From positions 10,471 to 74,470 of the forward strand of contig CAZWRV010000019.1 of NCBI GenBank assembly GCA_964636325.1: DNA of 64,000 bases, given 5' to 3'. Source of the stretch: an uncultured Victivallaceae bacterium (GTDB lineage Bacteria; Verrucomicrobiota; Lentisphaeria; Victivallales; GWF2-50-93). Shown piece by piece: positions 17,392 to 25,458 of the stretch (its first letter is position 1; each line of letters opens with the position of its first letter). A program made the translations under genes and the position numbers. Under the pieces are notes generated by a model. The model searched no databases, had not been told where the DNA came from, and saw only the letters and a program-made list of their open reading frames with translations.

Positions 17392-18450
17392 TCATGCCCC
17401 GGCCCCGCAAGAGGCTCTGACGACAAGCCTCGGCTTCACGAAGCGGATCTTCGGCCTGGGGTCTCCGGCAAGAAGCACTTCTACCGCCTGCCGGGCAATC
17501 TCATTCTCCTCGAAGCTGACGCTTGTCAGCGGAACCGGGCTTTCGTCGCACCAAGGGGTGTTATACATTCCGACCACCGCAAGATCCTCCGGCACCCTGA
17601 GCCCCATCTTCTGGGCGGCGTCTATCACGGAGACCGCGATCCTGTCCGCGGCGCAAACGACCGCCGTCGGACGATCTCTGCGCGACAATATTCCGCGCAC
17701 CAGGTCATCGCCCGAGACCTTCGCCCCCGCATATTCGTAGTAGGCGATTTCGGAACGGGCGGATCCGGAGCATTCGGCCATCCCACGCCGGAAGCCTAGC
17801 TCTGACTTGTACAAAGGGTGGTTCCTGTGGTGCGTCTCCTCCTGTCCAGGATATTCCTTAGGCATGATGGCCAGGAAAAGCACGTTCCGGTGGCCGAGCT
17901 CCCTAAGGTGCGACGCGGCCATGCGGGCCCCCTCCTCGTAGTCGATGAAAACCCCGCGGCCGGGAACCTCGCCGGGCGCGTCGTAGCAGTTCACAAACAC
18001 AGCCCTGTGTCCCGAATCACCGTCGAGGAAAGGATATTTCCAGTAGGAGTTGCCGTCGACAATTATTCCCTTGAGCGGGGAACACAGAAGTCTGTTGACG
18101 CTTTCATGGGGCCGGATTCCTTCCAGCTCCTCCAGGTTCAGGTCGATGCATACCGAAAACAGCCCCTCCCTCTGAAGATAGTTGACAAGCGAAATGTAGA
18201 TCGAATTGAAGAAGCGGCCTCCCTGCCTCATGATAATCCCCACCTGCTGGGAAAGCGTCATGCCTTTCCCCCCGTCCAATATCACCGTCCCCTTCCTCTT
18301 GATGCGCCGGATCAGCCCCTCGTCCGACAGGCATTTCAGCGCACGGTTTATAGTGATCAGGCTTGTCCGGTATTGCCTGCTAAGCTCCTCTCCGTCCGCG
18401 CGATTTTCCCGGATTTTTGCGCGCCTAGCCTTGAAAGGCCGGAAGCATGG
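17392..18450 (-). CDS. GntR-type HTH + LacI-like sugar-binding domain regulator, N-terminus damaged/start uncertain
   Basis: EELSRQYRTSLITINRALKCLSDEGLIRRIKRKGT and C-terminal PTAVVCAADRIA...LRVPEDLAVVG...LTSV. No in-frame ATG before the HTH. Confidence 0.7.
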   Translation of the reverse strand, partial: PCFRPFKARRAKIRENRADGEELSRQYRTSLITINRALKCLSDEGLIRRIKRKGTVILDGGKGMTLSQQVGIIMRQGGRFFNSIYISLVNYLQREGLFSVCIDLNLEELEGIRPHESVNRLLCSPLKGIIVDGNSYWKYPFLDGDSGHRAVFVNCYDAPGEVPGRGVFIDYEEGARMAASHLRELGHRNVLFLAIMPKEYPGQEETHHRNHPLYKSELGFRRGMAECSGSARSEIAYYEYAGAKVSGDDLVRGILSRRDRPTAVVCAADRIAVSVIDAAQKMGLRVPEDLAVVGMYNTPWCDESPVPLTSVSFEENEIARQAVEVLLAGDPRPKIRFVKPRLVVRASCGAGA

Positions 18451-18481
18451 CGTAGTGGTATGTAGTGATTTATGGAGATCT

Positions 18482-19534
18482 ATGGCTGAAGGCAATAAAA
18501 GGATAGAGGCGGAGGAGCACAGGTCGCACTCGTTCGCCCGGCTCCTGCGGGACAAGATCCTTTCCGGAGAGATAACCCCCGGTTCGCGGATGCTCTCGGA
18601 GCGGGAACTTGTCAGGAAGTTCGATCTGACGGCAGGAATAGTCAAGAACTCTCTGGCAATTCTGGAGAAAGAGGGGTTGATCGATCGCCGCCATGGCAGC
18701 GGAACTTTCGTGTCGGCGCCGGCGAAAGCCGCGGCCAAGGACTGCGGCCTGCTCGGTCTGCTGACCACCTTCAGCGAAGAAAGCATCGAGGACTATTTCC
18801 CGACGCTTGCGAATATCGCAGGCGAGCAGCATCTCCTAATGGTGCCGTTAGATATTGACGGCTGCCGGAATCCGGGCTGGCTGGAAAGTCTGAACGCGCT
18901 GCTGCGCAGGTCTCCGTCGGGCATTCTGATAGATTCCGACGAAACATGCGTCACCGGCAGGAAAATTCCTGCCCTTGCCGGAAAGATTCCGTTATGCTAT
19001 GTGCACATCTGGAACAGCGCCGAGCCGCCTCCCGGGCCCGCGGTCCTCTTCAATCTTATGGCGGCCTACCAGATGGCCTTTTCGTACTTGCTCGGCAAGG
19101 GGCACCGCCGCATCGTCTACCTGGGACATCGGCAGCAGCCCGCGCCGGAGGAGAGGAGGAGGCTTGACCATTTGAAGCGCGTGCTTCCTATCTCAGAAGA
19201 AGACATCCCATATGCTTGCTTCGAGGACTTCGAGAAGAATCCGGATCGTGTCAGAAAAGTCTTCGGCCCATCGAAGCGCCCTACGGCGCTCGTAGCCCGG
19301 GGCGACTATTTCGCGTTCACGTTCCGGGAGAAACTGAGGGCTAAGTTTCCGGCCGTAAAAGTGGAGATGGTAGGCATGCATAACACGAAATGGTCGCGCC
19401 AGCCCGGGAAGGAATTCCATACGATACAGGTGGACTACGAGACCATGTGGCGAAGGGCGCTGCACGCCGTCGCGCAGGGCGAGGCGCAGCGCCGCCAGGT
19501 CGAATGGATTTCCCCGGTCTTCGTCGAAAGATAA
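18482..19534 (+). CDS. GntR-type HTH + periplasmic-binding-fold regulator
   Basis: LRDKILSGEITPGSRMLSERELVRKF...LEKEGLIDRRHGSGTFV. Confidence 0.85.
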   Translation: MAEGNKRIEAEEHRSHSFARLLRDKILSGEITPGSRMLSERELVRKFDLTAGIVKNSLAILEKEGLIDRRHGSGTFVSAPAKAAAKDCGLLGLLTTFSEESIEDYFPTLANIAGEQHLLMVPLDIDGCRNPGWLESLNALLRRSPSGILIDSDETCVTGRKIPALAGKIPLCYVHIWNSAEPPPGPAVLFNLMAAYQMAFSYLLGKGHRRIVYLGHRQQPAPEERRRLDHLKRVLPISEEDIPYACFEDFEKNPDRVRKVFGPSKRPTALVARGDYFAFTFREKLRAKFPAVKVEMVGMHNTKWSRQPGKEFHTIQVDYETMWRRALHAVAQGEAQRRQVEWISPVFVER

Positions 19535-19568
19535 ATTGGGTTGTTGCTGTGCCGGGCCATTATTGGTC

Positions 19569-19600
19569 CGGCCGCGGTCGACCGCAATCGACTGCAGTCG
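19569..19600. repeat. 10-bp-period array (family B, CG-RYYGCRRY-CG), 3 units
   Basis: cg gccgcggtcg accgcaatcg actgcagtcg. Confidence 0.75.
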
Positions 19601-19615
19601 TTTCGGCCGGCAGGT

Positions 19616-19656
19616 GTAAATATTCAGTGAACTACGACCTTTCACTGAATATTTAC
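19616..19656. repeat. Family A hairpin (perfect 16-bp stem)
   Basis: GTAAATATTCAGTGAA-CTACGACCT-TTCACTGAATATTTAC. Its reverse complement differs from the 2160 copy at 2 positions. Confidence 0.9.
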
Positions 19657-19725
19657 CTTGGTTTCGCTAGGTTTCGACAGGAATCGGCAGGTATCGGTAA
19701 TTCTTTAAATTAAGGAGGCAAAATA

Positions 19726-22700
19726 ATGAAAACCCGCATGGCAGTCCGCTGTGCCGCCGCCGTCTTCGCAGCCGTGGCATGGATCTTCCCGGGAACCGCA
19801 GAGGACAAGCCCCCCGCGCCCTCGGGCCCGGCAGCGCAGGCCGAGGCGAAGCTGAAGGATCTCACATTGCAGGTCGAGAACGCGAAGAAGGAGCTGATCG
19901 CCGCTCGTAAGGCCGAGCTTGAGGCGAAGGCGAAGCAGCCGCCCCCGGTAACGGAGATGCAGATCGCCGTTCCGCGGGCCGTGAAGCCTCCTGTTATCGA
20001 CGGCAAGATCGGCGACGAGGAATGGGCGATGGCGACCGTCCTCGAACCAGGTGTCGGCGCAGCCAACATAGGCCAGAGGCTGAAGGCCAGGCAGGGCGCG
20101 CTCTTCTATCTGGCGTGGGATCCGGAGAACATCTATTATGCCGTGAGGATTCCGATGCGCGAAGGCGAAAAGCCGTCGAGACTGAACCGCCAGAAGAAAT
20201 GGGACGTCATGGACGTATGGGAGACCTGCGCCGAGTTCTACATAGATACGCTGGGCAACGGCTCGCACAAGCTGCCTGCACGCTACCAGTTCATCGGCAC
20301 CGCCACAGGAAACCAGTGGGACAGGGAGGATCAGTATTCGATCGGCCAGAACATGATAGACTGGAACGGCGAGTGGCAGTTCAAGCAGGATCTTTCCGCG
20401 GACGGCAAGTTCTGGGAGGGCGAGTTCGCATTTCCGCGGAAGACGGTCTATGCCGCCGACCCTCTCAAGGACGGCACGCGCTGGAAGCTGGGGTTCGCCG
20501 CGAGCATGATGTTCCCGTGGCAGTGGTGCGGCCTCTACGGCTGGCCGGTAACTGCGATATTCACGGACAGCGCGCCCTCAATCCGCCTGACCGGCATAGC
20601 GAAGGGTCTGACCGAGAAGAAGGCGACAGGCGATCTTGAGATTGTCAACACTACTGCGGCCAAGCTGGACATGAAAGCGGTTTTGCGCCTATGGTCAGAG
20701 AAAAACAAGGTTCAGGAAATTCTGCTGGAAAAGGAACTGCCCGTTTCGCTGGAGCCGGGCGCGATATTCAAACACTCCTTCGGCGAGGACGCCTCCAAAG
20801 CCGTGGACAACCAGAGCTACACCTATACAGTCATGGTCCTTTCGGGCGACCGCTCCCTCTTTACGTTCAACCGCGTCCTCGCCTACAATGATCCGGAGAA
20901 CGTCGTCGGCCTCAAGGTCGAGACAAGCAAGGAGGCGTTCCCGCAGAGTATTATGTTCTATCCGCTGAGCGGAAAACTTTCCGTCAGCGTCGACGTATGG
21001 GACATGCCGCAGAAGGACCAGGTCAAGAGCGCTTCAATCTCGGTCCTGGATCCATCCGGCAAGGCCGTGGCCAAGGGCGAAGTGACAGCCTTCGACTACG
21101 GCAAGGGCACGGCATACATAACGCTTCCGAAGGACATGGCTCCAGGAAAATACACCGCGAAGGCGGAAGTCCTGGACGCCTCCGGAAAGGTGCTCGCCTC
21201 CAACGAGAAGACTTTTGAAAGGAAGGATCACGCGAAGGAATTCCCCTGGCTCGGCAACCAGATCGGAATGGACGACGTGGTTCCGCGCATATTCTCGCCG
21301 GTCGAGGTGAAGGACGACGGAGCCATCTGCGGCTGGCGCAAGGAGATCAGGCTGGACGGCAGCGCGCTTCCCGCTTCGATAAAGGCCGTGGACATCGAGC
21401 TGCTCAAGGGGCCGGTCCAGGTCAGGGGCAGGGCGGCCGGCCAGGATTTCACCATGAAGCCGGACGGCGCCGCCGTCCGCGGCAAGGTCTCACAGACAAA
21501 TGCGAATTTCGCAGGTGGCGCGTCCGGCGGCGGCGTGAGGGCCGACGTCTCATGGCGCTTCGACTACGACTCGACCGCCAGGGTCGAGATGAAGTTGTCG
21601 CCCGCAGGGGATTCTCCGGCAAAGCTTGACTCGCTCCAGCTCGTGATTCCTTTCCATGGCGCGGCGGCGACGCACTACATGGCAAACGGCATAAACATGC
21701 GCCAGTCCAACCAGGCGGGGCTTATCCCCGGCCAGGACAAGACCGGCCGCGTCTGGGACTCCACAACCATGAAGGCGCAGAAGATGACGCTCGGTTCGTT
21801 CATTCCGATCGTACATGTCGGCAATCTTTCTTCCGGGCTGACTTGGTTCGCCGACAACGACAAGGGCTGGTGGCCGTCTGACAAGGCGCCCGCCATCGAA
21901 ATCACGCGCCCCGACAAGGACAGCGTCGAGCTTGTCTTCAACATCGCCTCGGAGCCTGTCGAGCTTAAGGAGCCGCGGACTATAGTCTTCGGCCTCTGCG
22001 TCGCGCCCGTCCGCAAGATGTCCTACTACAGAACGACCGCCCACACAATCGGCTTCGGCCATGAGAAGGAGAGCGGCCGCTGGGAGCCCGAGAAGAATCC
22101 GAACAGAGCCTATGCGAGAGTATATCCAGACAACCTCGAAAAGTTCAAGAAGTGGGTCGACGACCTGCATGCGGGCCATATCCTGGAAAAATGCTATGTC
22201 GAAAACTCACCGGCCGACTTCTGGGAGCACGAGTTCCAGTATTTCGCCGCCGAGTGGCAGAGTCCGTTCTGCAGGACCGCCGCCGACAACAAGCTATACT
22301 GGACGGACAAGTTCGTGAAGGAAACGAACCTCGACGGATATTATTTCGACAACCTCTTCTGCAGGCTCTACTCTGATCCGGAGGTTACGAGCGCCTACGT
22401 CCTGCCGGACGGACGCATCCAGCCAGGCTACGACCTCTGGGACTGCCGCGAATACCTCCGCCGCATACGCGTCGTCTTCGAGAAATACCGGAATCCCACT
22501 GCGATCGTCTTCCACAACACCGACTTCCAGTTCGCGCCCTGCATGGGCTACGGCGACCTGGTGATGGGCGGCGAAAATCCGCTGCCGGCCATGGGGACCC
22601 CCGATTTCATGGACATGTGGAAGCGCGACTGGATGGACGTGATGTACAACCAGTATCTCTGGGGCTATGCTCTGAGCCACCTCTTCCATTTCCCGGCCGA

Positions 22701-23235
22701 CACCTTCAAGGACGAGATGGGCGAATACGACAGGGCGGCCGCCTGGAAGGCATTCCGTACCATGCAGGCTTCCATGCTCGTGCACGGCGTCGAATTCTGG
22801 CACGGCCTAGAATACCGAAGCAACCTCATGGGCCGCTACAGGATGTTCAAGTCGCTGCCCGGCGAGATGCAGTTCATACCTTCATGGCAGGCCAACGGTC
22901 TTTTCAAGGTCGCCAACAACGATCCCAACCTGGACGTAGCCGTCTACAAGAAGGACAAGGCCCTGCTCGTGACCGTCGCGAACTACGCGAAGGAGGGACG
23001 CCGGACCGACGTTTGGTTCGACTTTCCCAGGCTCCTGCCCGCGCCCGACAAGCTCGAGGTCCGCAGCATCTACGACCTGGAGACCATGGAAGGCCCCGGT
23101 TATGTAGTCAAGGAAGGCGGCACGCCGAACTTCACCATAAGCCAGCCGGCCCACGTGAACTTCAACGTCGGCCCGCGCGACTTCAAGGCCTACCTGATCG
23201 TCAACGAGCCGGTCGCGCAGGGCGCGGGGTTCTGA
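19726..23235 (+). CDS. Secreted putative glycoside hydrolase (CBM9-like N-domain + DUF6067/GH123-like core), paralog 1
   Basis: Signal peptide; PPVIDGKIGDEEW/AWDPENIYYAV CBM9-like motifs; LTWFADNDKGW, GYYFDN, GRIQPGYDLWDCREYLRRI. Confidence 0.6.
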   Translation: MKTRMAVRCAAAVFAAVAWIFPGTAEDKPPAPSGPAAQAEAKLKDLTLQVENAKKELIAARKAELEAKAKQPPPVTEMQIAVPRAVKPPVIDGKIGDEEWAMATVLEPGVGAANIGQRLKARQGALFYLAWDPENIYYAVRIPMREGEKPSRLNRQKKWDVMDVWETCAEFYIDTLGNGSHKLPARYQFIGTATGNQWDREDQYSIGQNMIDWNGEWQFKQDLSADGKFWEGEFAFPRKTVYAADPLKDGTRWKLGFAASMMFPWQWCGLYGWPVTAIFTDSAPSIRLTGIAKGLTEKKATGDLEIVNTTAAKLDMKAVLRLWSEKNKVQEILLEKELPVSLEPGAIFKHSFGEDASKAVDNQSYTYTVMVLSGDRSLFTFNRVLAYNDPENVVGLKVETSKEAFPQSIMFYPLSGKLSVSVDVWDMPQKDQVKSASISVLDPSGKAVAKGEVTAFDYGKGTAYITLPKDMAPGKYTAKAEVLDASGKVLASNEKTFERKDHAKEFPWLGNQIGMDDVVPRIFSPVEVKDDGAICGWRKEIRLDGSALPASIKAVDIELLKGPVQVRGRAAGQDFTMKPDGAAVRGKVSQTNANFAGGASGGGVRADVSWRFDYDSTARVEMKLSPAGDSPAKLDSLQLVIPFHGAAATHYMANGINMRQSNQAGLIPGQDKTGRVWDSTTMKAQKMTLGSFIPIVHVGNLSSGLTWFADNDKGWWPSDKAPAIEITRPDKDSVELVFNIASEPVELKEPRTIVFGLCVAPVRKMSYYRTTAHTIGFGHEKESGRWEPEKNPNRAYARVYPDNLEKFKKWVDDLHAGHILEKCYVENSPADFWEHEFQYFAAEWQSPFCRTAADNKLYWTDKFVKETNLDGYYFDNLFCRLYSDPEVTSAYVLPDGRIQPGYDLWDCREYLRRIRVVFEKYRNPTAIVFHNTDFQFAPCMGYGDLVMGGENPLPAMGTPDFMDMWKRDWMDVMYNQYLWGYALSHLFHFPADTFKDEMGEYDRAAAWKAFRTMQASMLVHGVEFWHGLEYRSNLMGRYRMFKSLPGEMQFIPSWQANGLFKVANNDPNLDVAVYKKDKALLVTVANYAKEGRRTDVWFDFPRLLPAPDKLEVRSIYDLETMEGPGYVVKEGGTPNFTISQPAHVNFNVGPRDFKAYLIVNEPVAQGAGF

Positions 23236-23464
23236 GAAGAAGTCAGGAGTCAGAAGTCAGAAGGCAGTCGACGGCGGAGGATGAACGCAACGCAGCATTA
23301 GTTCTTCTCCTCCGTCCGTCCAATCTTCATTCCGCAGTAATCCCTCAGTCTTTCCCTGGAAAAAATCGGGGTCGGAATCGCTATCGGGGTCGAATATAAA
23401 ATGGAAATCGATCCCGATTCCGATACCGATAGCTACCCCTAAAGCAAAGACTGATGTATTGCAT

Positions 23465-23500
23465 TCCGCAGCCGTCCTCGAGACGGCTGCGGATTTTATT
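23465..23500 (+). terminator. Rho-independent terminator
   Basis: 12-bp perfect stem TCCGCAGCCGTC/GACGGCTGCGGA, 5-nt loop, then TTTTATT. Confidence 0.75.
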
Positions 23501-23523
23501 GTCAGTATTTTCACGGGGGAACC

Positions 23524-23552
23524 TTGACTGACATTAACGTTAATGCTATAAT
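23524..23552 (+). promoter_or_regulatory. Sigma70 promoter with embedded 14-bp palindromic LacI-type operator
   Basis: TTGACT-17 nt-TATAAT. The spacer contains the perfect palindrome CATTAACGTTAATG (23532-23545). Confidence 0.8.
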
Positions 23553-23576
23553 GATCCTCATAAACTGGAGGTAAGA

Positions 23577-24137
23577 ATGATCAAGCGCGCAGACGTTTTG
23601 CATATTCCTTTCCTGGATGGTAAAAATATTTCGCCCCGAAATATTTTTACACTCATCGAGCTGCTGGTCGTCATCGCTATAATCGCGATCCTCGCGGCCA
23701 TGCTTCTGCCTTCGCTTCAGAAGGCCAAGATCATAGCCAAGCAGGGGGCGTGCGCGAGCAACCAGAAGCAGATTTACTACATCAAGGGCTTTCCATATTA
23801 TTGCGATGCCGAGGGCCGCTTCGGCATACGCGGGACGCAATGTCCGGGAGAGAATCCGGATCTTCTCGAATACGGGACGACACCCAGGAAGAAAATGTCA
23901 AGCCTGATACAGTGCAACATCCCTGGAGGAGCCTACCTGATAAGGAACAATTCGTCAAGCACGCACCATGCGATGGGGATCAATTCCGCCTACTACGACG
24001 GGCATGTCAAATGGGTGCCGTTGTCGACCCGGCTGGTGGCGGCCTGGCAGTCCGTGAACGCATATCCATGGATATACGGGACTGCATGGATAGATCATGG
24101 AAAGGGCTTGTGGCCCTATGCCACATACATGGAGTAA
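23577..24137 (+). CDS. Prepilin-type N-terminal cleavage/methylation + H-X9-DG domain protein (short)
   Basis: [28 protein letters not shown]...ACASNQKQI and [17 protein letters not shown]. Confidence 0.85.
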   Translation: MIKRADVLHIPFLDGKNISPRNIFTLIELLVVIAIIAILAAMLLPSLQKAKIIAKQGACASNQKQIYYIKGFPYYCDAEGRFGIRGTQCPGENPDLLEYGTTPRKKMSSLIQCNIPGGAYLIRNNSSSTHHAMGINSAYYDGHVKWVPLSTRLVAAWQSVNAYPWIYGTAWIDHGKGLWPYATYME

Positions 24138-24157
24138 TCAGGGTCAGCGAGTCTCTG

Positions 24158-25384
24158 ATGCAGTCCGAAAAGGAATTTCCCGTGAAATCCTCATATCATA
24201 AAGCTAAAGGATGCAGAAGCGTGACGCTCAAGGATGTGGCGGCGAAATGCGGCGTCAGCATGGTCACGGTGTCCGCGGCGCTGCGCGGCGACCGGCGGCA
24301 GGTCTGCGAGAAGACCGAACTCAAGATCAGGAAGATTGCCGCAAGGATGGGCTACGATCCGTCCGCCACGGCGTTTGCCCGGCGCCTGCGCTACTGCACT
24401 TCGTCAAAACGGATACTGAATCATGTGGTGGGGCTCGGCTTCGCCTGGGACTACATTAACAGCCCGTATTTCGCCAGGCTTTTCGAGGCGCTCGGCAAGG
24501 AGCTTACCAAGCACGGCTATTCGATACTGACCAACTGGGCGATGAACGCGGAAGATTCCAGGCTTCCGGCCTCCTTCGCCAGGGGCGAGGTGGACGGAGT
24601 CTTCCATGTGAGCGGGTCCAAGTCGGACAGGCTTCTGGACAGCCTGAGGAGGGAGGCTGGTTTCGGTATGCGACCGGTGGTTTCGATTTTTGAGAAGTTG
24701 CCGGGCTGCTCGAACGTCCTCGTGGACGACTATTCCGGCGGGCGCCAGATCGCCGAGCACCTGCTGCGGATGGGGCACCGTTCATGGCTCTATCTTGAAT
24801 CCGGCAACTACCAGAACGACCAGAGGATGAGGGGGATGAGGGACGCGCTTGAGGCGGCAGGACTGGACGGCGGCGCTCTTCATCCGGTCTTCTACAACAT
24901 TCTTTCGCAGGGACGGTCACTGGCGTCGCTTAAGGAGCAGATCGAGGCGTTTCCCGAATCAACGGCGATCTACTGTGCTAACGATGCGAATGCGGTCAGG
25001 ATACACAACTGGCTGGGCGAGATCGGCCTCCGCGTTCCACAAGACATCTCGATAATCGGATATGACAACACTCATGAAATCCACGACAGGCATGGAGTCA
25101 ATATGCTGACTACGGTCGAGATTCCGCTCGAGGAGGCGGGCCGGGCGGCCGCGGAACTGATGGTCTCCCGCATCGAGGGCCGGGAGCAGGAGGACAGGGA
25201 TGTGACGCTTCCAGTAAAGCTTGTCGCCCGCTCTTCGGTGGCCGGATCCGCAGCCGGATTGCAGGACGACGACGGCTGCAATCGGTCGCAAGCGGCTCAA
25301 ACCTCCATCCAAGCGAATCGAGTTTCAGGAAGTGACCATCTGTGTGCCGCGGCGGACAGTTTTGTCGGTCGGAAACTTAAGTAG
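24158..25384 (+). CDS. LacI family transcriptional regulator (tail reads into intergenic repeats)
   Basis: VTLKDVAAKCGVSMVTVSAALRG HTH; TAIYCANDANA, LRVPQDISIIGYD, LTTV...LVARSS. Confidence 0.9.
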   Translation: MQSEKEFPVKSSYHKAKGCRSVTLKDVAAKCGVSMVTVSAALRGDRRQVCEKTELKIRKIAARMGYDPSATAFARRLRYCTSSKRILNHVVGLGFAWDYINSPYFARLFEALGKELTKHGYSILTNWAMNAEDSRLPASFARGEVDGVFHVSGSKSDRLLDSLRREAGFGMRPVVSIFEKLPGCSNVLVDDYSGGRQIAEHLLRMGHRSWLYLESGNYQNDQRMRGMRDALEAAGLDGGALHPVFYNILSQGRSLASLKEQIEAFPESTAIYCANDANAVRIHNWLGEIGLRVPQDISIIGYDNTHEIHDRHGVNMLTTVEIPLEEAGRAAAELMVSRIEGREQEDRDVTLPVKLVARSSVAGSAAGLQDDDGCNRSQAAQTSIQANRVSGSDHLCAAADSFVGRKLK

Positions 25385-25453
25385 CGCAGGTATTCCTACC
25401 TGCGATGCCGCAGACAGGAAGGTCTGCGTTACTTCAGGCGAGTTTCAGAGGAG
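25316..25453. repeat. Composite element (family C): conserved framework with internal hairpins
   Basis: AATCGAGTTTCAG..AGTG..[hairpin]..TTTGTCGGTCG-GAAACTTAAGTA-GCGCAGGTATTCCTACCTGCG..CAGACAGGAAGGTCTGCG-TTACTTCAGGCGAGTTTCAG-AGGAG. Homologous to 50114-50387. Confidence 0.8.
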
Positions 25454-25458
25454 TTTCA

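Noticed and set aside
17392-18786. 464-aa regulator starting at 18786
   Set aside because: The N-terminal ~110 codons are antisense to the real GntR at 18482.
23750-24157. N-terminal extension of LacI in the 544-aa ORF
   Set aside because: It overlaps the pilin-like gene in another frame; the HTH begins after the Met at 24158.
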